This document shows positions 36,960 to 49,649 of a DNA stretch of 64,000 nt, piece after piece. Numbering within the stretch: the stretch's first letter is position 1; every line of letters begins with the position of its first letter. A model generated the notes under the pieces. It worked only from the letters and a program-made list of their open reading frames with translations, made no database searches and had not been told where the DNA came from. The DNA lies in assembly GCA_964016885.1 (NCBI GenBank), contig OZ024744.1, forward strand, positions 113,522,001-113,586,000, given 5' to 3'. The position numbers and the translations under genes are program-made. The stretch comes from Eledone cirrhosa. Taxonomy: Eukaryota.

Positions 36960-39900
36960 TGTATACGCCATTTGCGTTCTCACCTCCCACCTCCACCACA
37001 TTCGGCATACATGCCTGACGCTGTATGCTAACCACTCCCTCGTGAATATATCATAGAACAGACAAGGGGCGGATGGAGGCTCCGTAAGCCGTAATGTAGG
37101 CAACTCGTTTAGGAGACCTACCACTCCGAATAAATTGGTGCGGGGTAGAGAAGTCCTACAAGTCCAGTAAGACGACCTTTCTAGTGTTTGTGGCACCCAG
37201 TCGATGCTGTAAAATGGAGGGGTGGATAGGGCCCTGGAGTTCAGTAAGACAACCTCTCTAGTGCTGGTGGCACGAATAAAAGCACCTAGTCCACATGCTG
37301 TAAAGTGGTGCTGGTGTTAGGAAGGGCATCCAACCAGTGTATATACTACTGCCAAAAACTAAGAGCACAACAAATGAGAATTGAAACAACTGCAATAACA
37401 CTAACCATGTTAGGGCTGTGCACGGTAGTGGGGTGGCTGGTGTGGCCATGTGTGAGAACCCCCCGACCATCTTCAAGCGAGCGCACAACAGGAAAAAGAA
37501 CAAGACTATGAAGACGTCACATCTCAAGAGTTGCAACACTTAATGTTGGCACTCTCACAGGTAGATCTGGTGAGAGAGTGGAGATGCTGGAGAGAAGGCA
37601 TGTGGATGTGTGCAAGAGGTGAGATGGAGAGGTGCCTCTGCAGGACAAACATCGTAGTTATAAGCTTTTCTGGGTGGGTAATGATGATGGGTTAGGTGGG
37701 GTGGGTATTTTACTGGCTGAGAGATGGATCGATAAGACAATAGAGGTAGTTCGAGTTAATAGTAGAATAATTAAGCTTAGATTAGTTGTAGGCAAGAGAC
37801 TACTGACAATCATCTCTGCATATGCTCCCCAGGCAGGCCTAGGTAAAGAAGAGAAAGACTGCTTTTACAAACAGCCTCAATGACAGAGGACGGAGACATT
37901 GTTATGCTAGCAGGAGACTTCAATGGTCATGTTGGACAGCTCCAGGATGGATACACTGGGGTACATGGTGGGCACAGTTATGGCTCAAGAAATGAAGGAG
38001 TGAGGCTTCTTGAATTTTGTGATGCAAGTGCACTAACCATTTGCAACACTAACTTCCAGAAACCTGCCAACCAGCTAATAACCTACCAATCAGGCGAGCA
38101 CATAAGCCAGATTGACTTCTTGCTAGTTAGGCAGCGAGACAGACAGATGGTGTCAAATACTAAGGCATACCCCAGGGAAGAATGTACCCCACAGCATAGG
38201 TTAGTCGTTAGTGATATCTCAGTAAGCAAGAGACGAATAAGACATACAGGAAGGTGTGGAAAAGAAAGGTCTGGAAACTAAAAGTTCTTTCACTGAAATA
38301 TAAATTTAGCAAAGCTCTTCAAGAAGTGTATGACGAAAAAGGAGACGATTTAGAGTCCTATGACATAGATGATAACTGGAATTTCTTACGTGACAACTTA
38401 CTGCAGGCTACTGAAGAAACTTGTGGCTGGAGCAGAGCTCCAACTAGACAGAGAGTGACCTGGTGGTGGAACAGCACGGTAGATAGGGCCATTAGAGACA
38501 AAAGACTAGCATGGAAGGCTTTGAAAAAGGGTGGGAGTAGGGAATGATATACAGCCGCTATGAGAGAAGCTAGACATCAGGTGTACTTAGCACGCAGGGA
38601 GGCTGAGAATAGGAGGTTTGCCAATGTTCTGCGACGGCAAGATCAGAGGCGTGTGGTGTTCCACATTGCAAGGCAGTGTGTCAATGTAAATCAGGATGTT
38701 GTTGGAGATAAATGTGTCCGGAATGATGCCGGTGTACTTAGTGCCACAAATGATCAGAAAAAGGAGGCCTGGAATGTCATTATGAGAGACTGATGAATGT
38801 GGAGAACGAATGGGAGAGAGAGAAATTACCCTTAGTAGATTCGACAGAGGGACCAGCTATTGAGATTGATGAATTTAAGGTCCAAAAGGCAATTAAGGAA
38901 ATGAAAAATGGTAAGGCTGTGGGACCATCGGGGATAGTTGCTGAGATGCTGAAGACATCAGGGGACATAGGCACTAAACTGGTTGCACGCATAATCAATC
39001 AGGCTGTATATGGCAGTGTCATACCCAAAGACTGGTGCAGCAGTATTCACATAAATTGCTACAAAGGTAAAGGGGATGCTCTGGAGAGGAGCAATTATAG
39101 GGGTATAAAACTGATGGATCAGCTTAAGAAAGTGGCAGAAAGGATATTAGTACAACTAATTAGAGAAAGGGTCAAACTAGATGAGATGCAGTTTGGTTTT
39201 GTACCTGGGAAAAGTACAACAGATACCATCTTCATAGTGAGACAACTACAAGAGAGGTTGTTAGAGAAGAATAAGCCACTATACTTAGCCTTTGTTGACC
39301 TAGAGAAGGCCTTTGATAGGGTAACCCGATCTGTCATCTGGTGGTCCCTAAGGAAACTAGGAATGGCTTGTTATGACAGTGCAAACTTTGTACAGAGGTG
39401 TTGTCAGTAAAGTCAGGATAGGAATGCAGTTTAGTGAGGAATTCCAGATACAAGTAGGAGTACATCAAGATTCGGTCCTCAGCCTGCTCTTGTTCATTAT
39501 AGTCCTCCAAGCCATAACAGAGGAGTTTAAGACTGGCTGTCCATGGGAACTTCTCTATGCTGATGATCTGGTTCTTATAGCAGAATCAGTAGAGGAGCTA
39601 GAGAAGAAATTCTGGCTATGGAAACAGCAGTTGGAATCAAGGGGACTGTGAGTGAACCTAGCTAAGACTAAAGTGGTGATAAGTTTGAAAGAGGACAACT
39701 CCCTGATTCCATCAGGGAAATGGCCATGTTCGATATCTAGAAAAGGAGCATAAATTGTATAAAATGTACACAATGCAGATCTTGGGTACACAAGAGATGT
39801 AGTGGGATAGCAGGCAAACTAACAGGTAGGGAAAAATACGTATGCAGTAGATGTACAGGGAAATTAGACAGTAGAAGTCGCACTGATAGACACATTTTTC

Positions 39901-40550
39901 AAATGCAGGTAGGTTCTATAGAAGTGGTTGATAGCTTCCGGTACCTAGGTGATCAGATTAGCATTGGGGAGGGGGGGGGGTCCGAGGCCATAGTATCTAG
40001 AATAAGGATTGGTTGGAAGAAGTTTAGGGAGCTGCTTCCTCTGCTGACAAAGAAAGGTTTCTCCTTGAGTATGAAAGGCCGGTTATATGATGCCTGTGTG
40101 AGGAGCGCGATTCTGCATGGTAGTGAGACATGGACAGCAACTGCAGAGGATGTGCACGGCTGGAGAGAAATGAGGCAAGCATGCTCCCTTGGATGTGCAA
40201 TGTCAATGTGCATGAGCGACCAGCATGGATGTGTTGAGAGAGAAACTGTGCATAAGAGGGATAGAATGTAGTGTGCGAGAGAGAAGACTGCGATGCTATG
40301 GACATGTGGTGCGCATGGAGGATAACTGATAGGTGAAGAAGTATCAAGATATCCCAGTAGAAGGAAGACGCAGTAGAGGTAGACCACGAAAAACATAGGC
40401 AGAGGCGGTGAGAGCAGACGTCAGATTGCTGAAGCTCATGGAGGAGATGATGAAGGACCGTGACAAGTGGAGAGATGCTGTGCTGAATAGGACCCGTCCC
40501 ACTCTTGCAAGCAGGGAAAAGCAGATGTAAAATGTGATGATAATGATTAC
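36960..40550 (+). mobile_element. Near full-length RTE LINE (5' UTR, APE endonuclease, RT, Cys-rich finger), frameshifted
   Basis: VATLNVGTLTGR, SAYAPQ, GDFNGHVG, QIDFLL, WWW, NYRGIKL, YADD, HGSETW and GRPRKT in order, then the 3' tail. The 5' boundary is approximate. Confidence 0.93.
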
Positions 40551-40589
40551 TTGATGCTTTTGATTGTAAGGAAGAACAGTTAGAGTCAT

Positions 40590-42798
40590 ACAATATAGAG
40601 GAACTGGGAATTCCTGAAAGTTAACCTGTTGAAGAAGACTGATGAAATCTGTGGCTGGAGCAGACCATTAGGCAGGAGGTGAGTAACATGGTGGTGGAAC
40701 AGTAAGGTGGAGGAGTCTATCAAAGGGAAAAAAGCAGGCTTGGTAAGAATGGCAGGACGGGGGTAGTAGAGAACTCTATCGGGAAGCTAGGAGAGAAGCT
40801 AGACAACAAGTATACTTTGCAAAGAGGGAAGCAGAGGACAGAAACTTCAAGCATATTCTACAACAGGAGGACCAAAGACGTGAGATATTCAGGATTGCAA
40901 AGCAATGTGTCAAGGAGAACCGTGATATTGTCGGGGAGAAGTGTGTCCATAATGATGATGGTGTACTTGCCCTCACTGATACTGATAAGAAGGTAGCTTG
41001 GAAGTGTCACTACAAGAGACTACTGAATGAATGGAATAAAGATAGTCTGCCCCGCATTGATCCAACAGAAGGACCAGCTGTGCAAGCTAATGGTAGTGTA
41101 GTAAGTAAGGCAATCAGAGATATGAAGACAGGCAATGCGACTGGCCTTCGGGGATAGTTACTGTTGAAGGTATCTGGGATGGTGGGATATACTATGGTCA
41201 CCCGGATAGTAAACCAAGTAATGCAGAATGGGGTCATACCAAATGACTGCTCTTTTCCTTGTATGGCAATTGCAGGAAAAGTACCTAGCTAAAAGTAAAC
41301 CCCTCTACTTAGCTTTTATTGACCTGGAGAAGGCCTTTGACAGAGTCCCACACACCTTAATCTGATGGGCTCTTAGAAAACTAGGAGTGGAAGAATGGCT
41401 TGTGAGAGCGATACAAGCCATGTACAGAGGAACAGTCAGCAAGGTTAGAATTAACAATGAATATAGTGAAGAATTTAGCGTAATTGTATGGGTTTACCAG
41501 GGCTCTGTCCTTAGCCCCCTCCTGTTTATTATTGTCCTCCAGGCTATAACAGAGGAGTTCAAGACCAGCTTCCCATGGGAACTTCTATATGCAGATGATC
41601 CAACTCTCATAGCTGAATCCATGGCTGAACTAGAGAAGAAATTCCAAACATGGAAGCATGGCCTTGAATCAAAAAGCCTTAAAGTTGACTTGTCTAAGAC
41701 TAAAGTTCTAGTATATAGAAAGGAGAATAGGGCACGGGTGCCCTCTGGGAAATGGCCATGCTCAGTGTGTAAGACAGGAGTAGGTAGAAATTCCATTTTA
41801 TGTCCCAAATGCAAACTATGGGTACATAAAAGATGTAGTGGGATATCAGGTAAGCTATCAATTAACTTAGGTTTTATATGTGTCCGATGCTCAGGTGCAG
41901 TAAGTAGCAGGTGCCCACAGGACACTAGCTCCTTCTACTGCCCAGATGGTTCTATAGAAATAGTGGAGACTTTCTGTTACCTGGGTCACAAAATCAGTAG
42001 TGATGGAGGGTGATCTGAAAGTGTAGTAGCCATAGTTAGAATGGGATGGAAAAAGTTCAGAGAGCTAATACCACTGTTGGCCACAAGGGGTTTTCTCTCA
42101 AAATGAAAGGCAATTGTATGATGCATGTATACGAGCGGCAATATTACATGGTAGTGCGACTTGGGCATTGTGTTGAAGATCTGCATAGATCAGAAAGAAA
42201 TGAAGCTTGCATGCTCCGATGGATTTGTAATAGTAACGTGCGCGAAAGTGAAGCATAAACGAATTGAGAGACTGAGCACAAGAGGTATCAAATGTTGTGT
42301 TCTGGAGAGGAAATTGCGTTGGTATGGACATGTGATACGTATGAATGACGACAGCTGTATAAAAAAGTGCAGGGCATTGAAAATTGACGGAAGCTGCGGA
42401 GTGGGTAGACCAAGAAAAACCTGGGACGAGGTGATAAAAACTGACCGTGCTCATCTACACCTCTCTAAGACAATGACACTGGATCGAGACCTTTGGTGCC
42501 ATGCAGTTGTACAGAATACCCACCTTCCCTTGCATACAATGACACAACAGTCCACACTGTAAGGTGGTCATGTAAGAGACACAGTAAAAAGGCTCCCAGT
42601 CCACACTGTAAATGTGGTTGGTGTTAGAAAGGGCATCCAGCTGCAAAAAAAAAACTTGCCAGAGACACTTCTGTGAGAGCGGGACATGGTCTCACGACCA
42701 TTCCCGCATCAAATAGAACAAAACTGTCTAACACTTGCTAGCGTGGAAGATGGACGTTAAACGATGATGATGATGGGGATGATGATGATGATGATGAT
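40590..42798 (+). mobile_element. 5'-truncated RTE LINE (second subfamily) with long 3' UTR and (GAT)n tail
   Basis: TWWWNS, DLEKAFDRV, YQGSVLSP, YADD and GRPRKTW, ending ggacgttaaacgatgatgat. Confidence 0.93.
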
Positions 42799-42811
42799 AT
42801 ATAATACTTAC

Positions 42812-42953
42812 TGCAGTTCTTTTAGGTGAACATTCTGATTTAGCACAGACAACTCTAGCCTCTTTGGTATTGTCTTCCCCATCTGATTCTGATGAACTCT
42901 GTGGCTCAAGGACTGGATCAAGACTGTCAATGCTGACACCACTACCAGTCCTC
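42812..42953 (-). CDS. OSBP: OSBP exon (Ser-rich linker, RRTGSGVS)
   Basis: tttgtag|GAGGACT...ACTGCA|gtaagt, 142 nt, phase-compatible with both neighbours. HRRTGSGVS resembles HKRTGSNIS, which follows the FFAT motif in vertebrate OSBP. Not in the ORF track. Confidence 0.85.
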
Positions 42954-43032
42954 CTACAAATAACATGTAATATAGTGTAGTACTGAGTTAATTTGACAGA
43001 TGTAATATAGTGTAGTATTGAGTTGATCTAAT

Positions 43033-43170
43033 AATTGTTTCTACTTTTGGCACAAGGCCAGCAATTACCCAGTGCAGTACTGGTTCTTTATTTTATCGAC
43101 CTCGTAAGGATGAAAGACAAAGTTAACCTCGGCGGGATTTGAACTCAGAATGACAAGGGCCGTAACTATG
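43033..43170 (-). mobile_element. SINE family B partial
   Basis: Matches 7433-7570. Confidence 0.8.
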
Positions 43171-43299
43171 TTGATCTAATAATATCAGATATTATATAGT
43201 ATTCATTTAATAATATAGTATTCATTTAATAATGGCAAATGTAATATAGATATACTATTGATTTTATAATAAGAAATATAGTATTGATCTTATAATACA

Positions 43300-44530
43300 T
43301 TGGGTTGGCAAGAAAGTAATTTCAGTGTTTTAGTGTGAAATAAAAAAATAAAAAATCATTTTTTTTTTCATACAAAGAACTTTAATCAATTATATATTTT
43401 CCATTTTATTTGATGACCTTTTGCCATCTTTCTGGCAACTTCATGATACTGCGCTCATAGAACTTCTGGTCCTTATCAGCCAAAAACTAAAGCAAGTTCA
43501 ATTTCTGATCATCATCATTATTGAAAGTTTTACCATTCAAAGAATTTTGCAAACTTCTAAATAAATGGTAATCTGATGGTGCAATATGGTGGATGTGACA
43601 TCACTTCCCAAAGAATTTTGCAAACTTCTAAATAAATGGTAATCTGATGGTGCAATATGGTGGATGTGACATCACTTCTCAACCAAGCTCAATTTTAGTC
43701 AATTTTCTTTGATTGCTTCCTCCAGTTTCATTAGTTGTTGACAGTAAACATCTGAATTGATTATTTGGTCCCTTGGAAGCAGCTCAAAATACACAACACC
43801 TTTGTAATCTCACCAAATTGACAGCATGACCTTTTTTTGATGCAATTCAGCTTTCGATGTGGTTTGTGCTGGTTCATTACACTTGGACCATGATTGTTTT
43901 CAATTGATGTTATTGTAGACAATCTATTTTTCATCACCAACGATGATTCGATTAAAAAGAAGGTCGATTTCATTGCGTTTGAGATGCATATCACAAATAT
44001 TGATTCATTGTGTTAAGGGAATCTCTTTCAATTTATGTGGAACTCAAATATCGAGCTTCTTAACGAGTCCAAGATATTTTAAGTGATTTTCAATTGTTTT
44101 GTGTGATACATTTAACCTGTTTGCAATCTCTCGCAGAGTTATATGACAATCAGATTCAATTATGGCTTTGATTCGGTCATCAACTTCAAGCGGTCAACCA
44201 GAACGTTGGTCATCTTTGAGTGAAAAATCTCCAGAACGGAAATTTTAAAACCATTTCTGTTAAGCAATTAACACCATAAACTTCACATATCTCTTTGTGA
44301 GCCTCAGCAGCTTTCTTGCCTTTACAAGGCAAAATATGGCGAAGATGTTCGTTTTTGCACTCCATGTTAAAATAGACACTGAACTAACAGCTGTTAACAA
44401 AATTACATGCAATTTGCTTCTAAAGTAAGCTAAAAGTAACGGCTATCAAATGTCAAAAGGAAATAAATCATGACATTGACAAAAATTGTAACTATTTGCG
44501 AAAAACGAAATAACTTTCTTGCCAACCCAA
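43300..44530 (-). mobile_element. mariner transposon relic
   Basis: TIRs ttgggttggcaagaaagt / actttcttgccaacccaa followed by TA. Minus-strand remnants MECKNEHLRH, AAEAHKEICEVYG, VPHKL and IVGDEK. Length ~1.23 kb, with an internal 71-bp tandem duplication at 43538-43680. Confidence 0.9.
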
Positions 44531-44609
44531 TAGATATAATTGTAATTACTAGATGTTTATTGAAACAATACAAATGCATTAATTTCTTATAACTAAGAAC
44601 ACCTAATGG

Positions 44610-44855
44610 TGTACCATGTGACAGTACTGGGGTAACATGTGGCAGTAGAGGGGTAACATGTGGAAGTATTGGTGTAACATGTGGAAGTATTATTGTATCA
44701 TGAGGCAGTACTAATGTAACATGTGGAAGTACTGGTGCAGCATGGCTGTATTGGTGTAACATGTGGTGGTACTGATGTAACATGGCAGTATTGGTGTATC
44801 ATGTAGCAGTCCTGTTGTAACATGTGGCAGTGTATCGTGTAACAGTACATGTGTA
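44610..44855. repeat. Degenerate 21-bp minisatellite
   Basis: Approximate unit gtaacatgtggcagtactggt. Confidence 0.75.
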
Positions 44856-45274
44856 TGATGTGATGTAATATGGAGGATTTGGTAAAAGTAAAAGCAGTCA
44901 AAACAGAACTAATGTAATGTGGCACTCTCATTGGTGAAGGTGGTAAGAGATGTAGTCATTATGTGGTGTAACATGTAGACCACAGCTGACTTTGGCATGT
45001 GGTAGTGAAGGTGGCACTGACATATTTAAATTGATAAGTTTATATATGTGATTATATATGTGTCTGTGTGAGAGAATATATGTGTGGGTATGTGTGAGAT
45101 TGTGTGTGTGTGAAATTATATATATGTGTATATGTGTATGTGAGATTATATATATATATATGTGTGTGTGTGTGTTTGAAAGAGTTTTCAATGTTACATA
45201 GATGAAAACAGTATGGGAGGAGGAGGAGATGAGAGAGGCAGGAAGAGGAGGAAGAGAAAAAGGTGTTTACTAAC

Positions 45275-45368
45275 CTATGAGTTTTGTCATATGGAAGTGC
45301 CACACTAAATTCTTCGACTTGATGTTCAACTGCTTCAAAGAATTCATCTTCATCAGATGACTGGGGAA
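45275..45368 (-). CDS. OSBP: OSBP-family gene, most upstream exon found (FFAT motif)
   Basis: Minus strand tttag|TTCCCCAG...CATAG|gttagt encodes PQSSDEDEFFEAVEHQVEEFSVALPYDKTHR. EFFEAVE after an acidic tract fits the FFAT consensus EFFDAxE. An alternative acceptor would start the exon at 45360. Confidence 0.85.
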
Positions 45369-45978
45369 CTAAAGATAAACAAATGATATATATTTTCAAC
45401 AACAACAATAAAAACAACAACCATTATGATAATGGCTTCTAATTTAGGCACATTATATTAATAATTAAAATAACTTTTAAAACATCCACAAAGACTAGCA
45501 AAGACATTCTATAGATGGATACATATATAAATAAGTTACATATCAACACCACCACCACCACCACCACCACCACACCTAACTTCGCTTAATCACTGCCAGT
45601 ACTACACCACCACCCATCGCCAACACTATCACCACCACCACTAATACAGTCAGTCCACCAGTAAAGATACTATAAACATTGGAATTAACAAACCACATTA
45701 GCAAGATATTCTTGTAAAGTACCAAACAACACTATGACAACATCATATTAGATGTTAAAGTTGTTACTTTAACATTACACATTTTCACAATATGTCTAAT
45801 AGTAAAGATACTATAGACATTAAAAGAGAAAAAGTGTCTACATGATGAAAACTTTACAAATGATAGAAGGGGAGGAGGGTGAAGAGACTGGGAAACAATC
45901 ATCATGCTCTGTTACCATAGAAACATATATAGTTCTTGAATGTTTGGTTGGTAGAGTCCATAACACCAATCAAACCCC

Positions 45979-46039
45979 TTTTATAGCTCTGAAGAATCCT
46001 ACGGTTACGTAAGGAAGAAACATTGTAAGCCAATAAAAA
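45979..46039 (+). ncRNA. Type I hammerhead ribozyme motif, intact core
   Basis: ttttatagct-CTGAAGA-a-tcctacg-gtta-cgtaagga-a-GAAA-cattg-TA-agccaataaaa. Confidence 0.82.
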
Positions 46040-46172
46040 TCTTTTGATGTTGTAGACGCTCTTGTGTTCTTTATCATATATACGGCTCTGCTCCAAAGCA
46101 TAGAGCTAATTATTATGCTGCCAATACCTTAATGGGACACGGGTATACAATACCTAACTCCTATTAACCTAA

Positions 46173-46211
<39 letters not shown>

Positions 46212-46330
46212 TGAAAAGAGTCAGGACCCCAAATCGGAATCCCTCTTTTCATATTACCATCACTACTACACTAAGTATTGAGTACTCTGGAGCATTATGG
46301 TCCACCTTGTATCTTAACCCACCCTTTTTG

Positions 46331-46378
<48 letters not shown>

Positions 46379-46489
46379 GTGCCACCTTTGCAAACAGGGA
46401 AAAGCGGATGTAGAATGATGATGATGTGCATGTGTAGAACTGGGAACAACTATATTTGGTATTTGGAATTAACAGGATGGGAATAAACA

Positions 46490-48005
46490 AATGTTTCAAT
46501 GGACATTTGATGTAATGTTACATTGTAGTGTGACATGGGTAGTTAATGTAGAGGTTATACAGAGACTGGAGAGACATGAAGCTAGCATGTTACAATAAAC
46601 ATTTGATGTAATGTTACATTGTAGTGTGACATGGGTAGTTAATGTAGAGGTTATACAGAGACTGGAGAGAAATGAAGCTAACATGTTTCAATGGACATCT
46701 GATGTAATGTTACATGGTAGTGAGACATGGGTAGTTAATGTAGAGGTTATATAGAGACTGGAGAGACATGTAGCTAACATGTTTCAATGGACATCTGATG
46801 TAATGTTACATGGTAGTGAGACATGGGTAGTTAATGTAGAGGTTATATAGAGACTGGAGAGACATGTAGCTAACATGTTTCAATGGACATCTGATGTAAT
46901 GTTACATGGAAGTGAGACATGGGTAGTTAATGTAGAGGTTATATAGAGACTGGAGAGACGTGAAGTTAACATGTTTCAATGGACATCTGATGTAATGCTA
47001 CATGGTAGTGAGACATGGGTAGTTAATGTAGAGGTTATATAGAGACTGGAGAGAAATGAAGCTAACATGTTTCAATGGACATCTGATGTAGTGTTACATG
47101 GTAGTGAGACATGGGTAGTTAATGTAGAGGTTATATAGAGACTGGAGAGACGTGAAGTTAACATGTTTCAATGGACATCTGATGTAATGCTACATGGTAG
47201 TGAGACATGGGTAGTTAATGTAGAGGTTATATAGAGGCTCGAGAGAAATGAAGCTTGCATGTTTCAATGGACATCTGATGTAGTGTTACATGGTAGTGAG
47301 ACATGGGTAGTTAATGTAGAGGTTATATAGAGACTGGAGAGAAATGAAGCTAGCATGTTACAATAAACATCTGATGTAATGTTACATGGTAGTGAGACAT
47401 GGGTAGTTAATGTAGAGGTTATATAGAGACTGGAGAGACATGAAGCTAGCATGTTTCAATGGACATCTGATGCAATGTTACATGGTAGTGAGACATGGGT
47501 AGTTAATGTAGAGGTTATATAGAGACTGGAGAGACATGAAGCTAGTATGTTTCAATGGACATCTGATGTAATGTTACATGGTAGTGAGACATGGGTAGTT
47601 AATGTAGAGGTTATATAGAGACTGGAGAGTAATGAAGCTAACATGTTTCAATGGACATCTGATGTAATGTTACATGGTAGTGAGACATGGGTAGTTAATG
47701 TAGAGGTTATATAGAGACTGGAGAGAAATGAAGCTAGCATGTTACAATAAACATCTGATGTAATGTTACATGGTAGTGAGACATGGGTAGTTAATGTAGA
47801 GGTTATATAGAGACTGGAGAGACATGAAGCTAGTATGTTTCAATGGACATCTGATGTAATGTTACATGGTAGTGAGACATGGGTAGTTAATGTAGAGGTT
47901 ATACAGAGACTGGAGAGACATGAAGCTAACATGTTTCAATGGACATCTGATGTAGTGTTACATGGTAGGGAGATATGGGTAGTTAATGTAGAGGTTATAT
48001 AGACT
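46490..48005 (+). repeat. 96-bp satellite (~16 copies) derived from the RTE ORF C-terminal region
   Basis: The unit translates as [15 protein letters not shown](*/Q)RLERNEANMFQWTSDV, matching [33 protein letters not shown]. Confidence 0.95.
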
Positions 48006-48064
48006 GTATATTTTAGAAAATAGCATATATTTTCACTACTTCTGACAGTTGGCAGGTGAACAGT

Positions 48065-48114
48065 GAGCTGTACTGATGAAGGGTGATACCCAGAAACATT
48101 AGTGTTCGTAGTTC
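48065..48114 (+). ncRNA. Type I hammerhead ribozyme motif, intact core
   Basis: gagctgta-CTGATGA-a-gggt-gat-accc-a-GAAA-ca-ttag-tg-TT-cgtagttc. The stem I closing pair is mismatched. Distal pairings ttggca/tgccaa and gaacag/ctgttt. Confidence 0.75.
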
Positions 48115-48279
48115 TGTTTAAATGCCAACACAAGAGCAAGAATGAAGGGTTCACTCTACTGATATGGCTTCAAAAATGAGGATTATTTGCATAATTGCAA
48201 ACCAATCGAATATTATTGTTGATATTCAAAAAATTCATGACATTTATTGTATTGAGCCATGTAGAGCGAAATTTTTTTT

Positions 48280-48945
<666 letters not shown>

Positions 48946-49639
48946 AATACTTGCTCTTTCATTTGCGCAGAGGGTTCTCTAGAAATAGTGGACAGCTTCC
49001 GTTACCTGGGTGACAAAATCAGCAGTGGGGGAGGGTGCTCTGAAGGTACAGTAGCTAGAGTCAGAACGGGATGGAAAAAGTTCAGAGAGCTTATACCACT
49101 ATTAGCCGCTAAAGGGTTCTCCCTAAAAATGAAAGGCAGGTTGTATGATGCCTGCATACGAACAGCAATGTTGCATGGCAGTGAGACCTGGGCATTGTGT
49201 GCAGAGGATATACGCAGACTAGAGAGGAACGAAGCTTGCATGCTCCGCTGGATGTGTAATAGTAATATACGTGAACGGCAAAGCATAAACGAACTAAGGA
49301 AAAAATTAGAAATAAGAGGGATCAGATGTTGTTTACTTGAGAGAAGGCTACGTTGGTATGGTCACATGATGCGCATGAAAGACGACAGCTGTATAACAAA
49401 GTCCAGGGCAATAAAGATAGATGGTAGCCACGGAGTAGGCAGACCCAGAAAAACCTGGGACGATTTGATAAATCCCACACTGTAAAAGTGGTTATTGTTA
49501 GGAAGGGCATCCAGCTGTAGAAAACCCGCCAGACAGTCCTATGCGAGCAAGACAACCACTCTTGCCTCAAGTGGGAAAACCCCCGTCCAAACCCATGCAA
49601 GCGTGGAACATGGACGTTAAACGATGATGATGATGATGA
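48946..49639 (+). mobile_element. RTE LINE 3' fragment
   Basis: ORF 48988-49485 DSFRYLG...GRPRKTW, then a (GAT)n tail. Confidence 0.93.
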
Positions 49640-49649
49640 CACATATATA

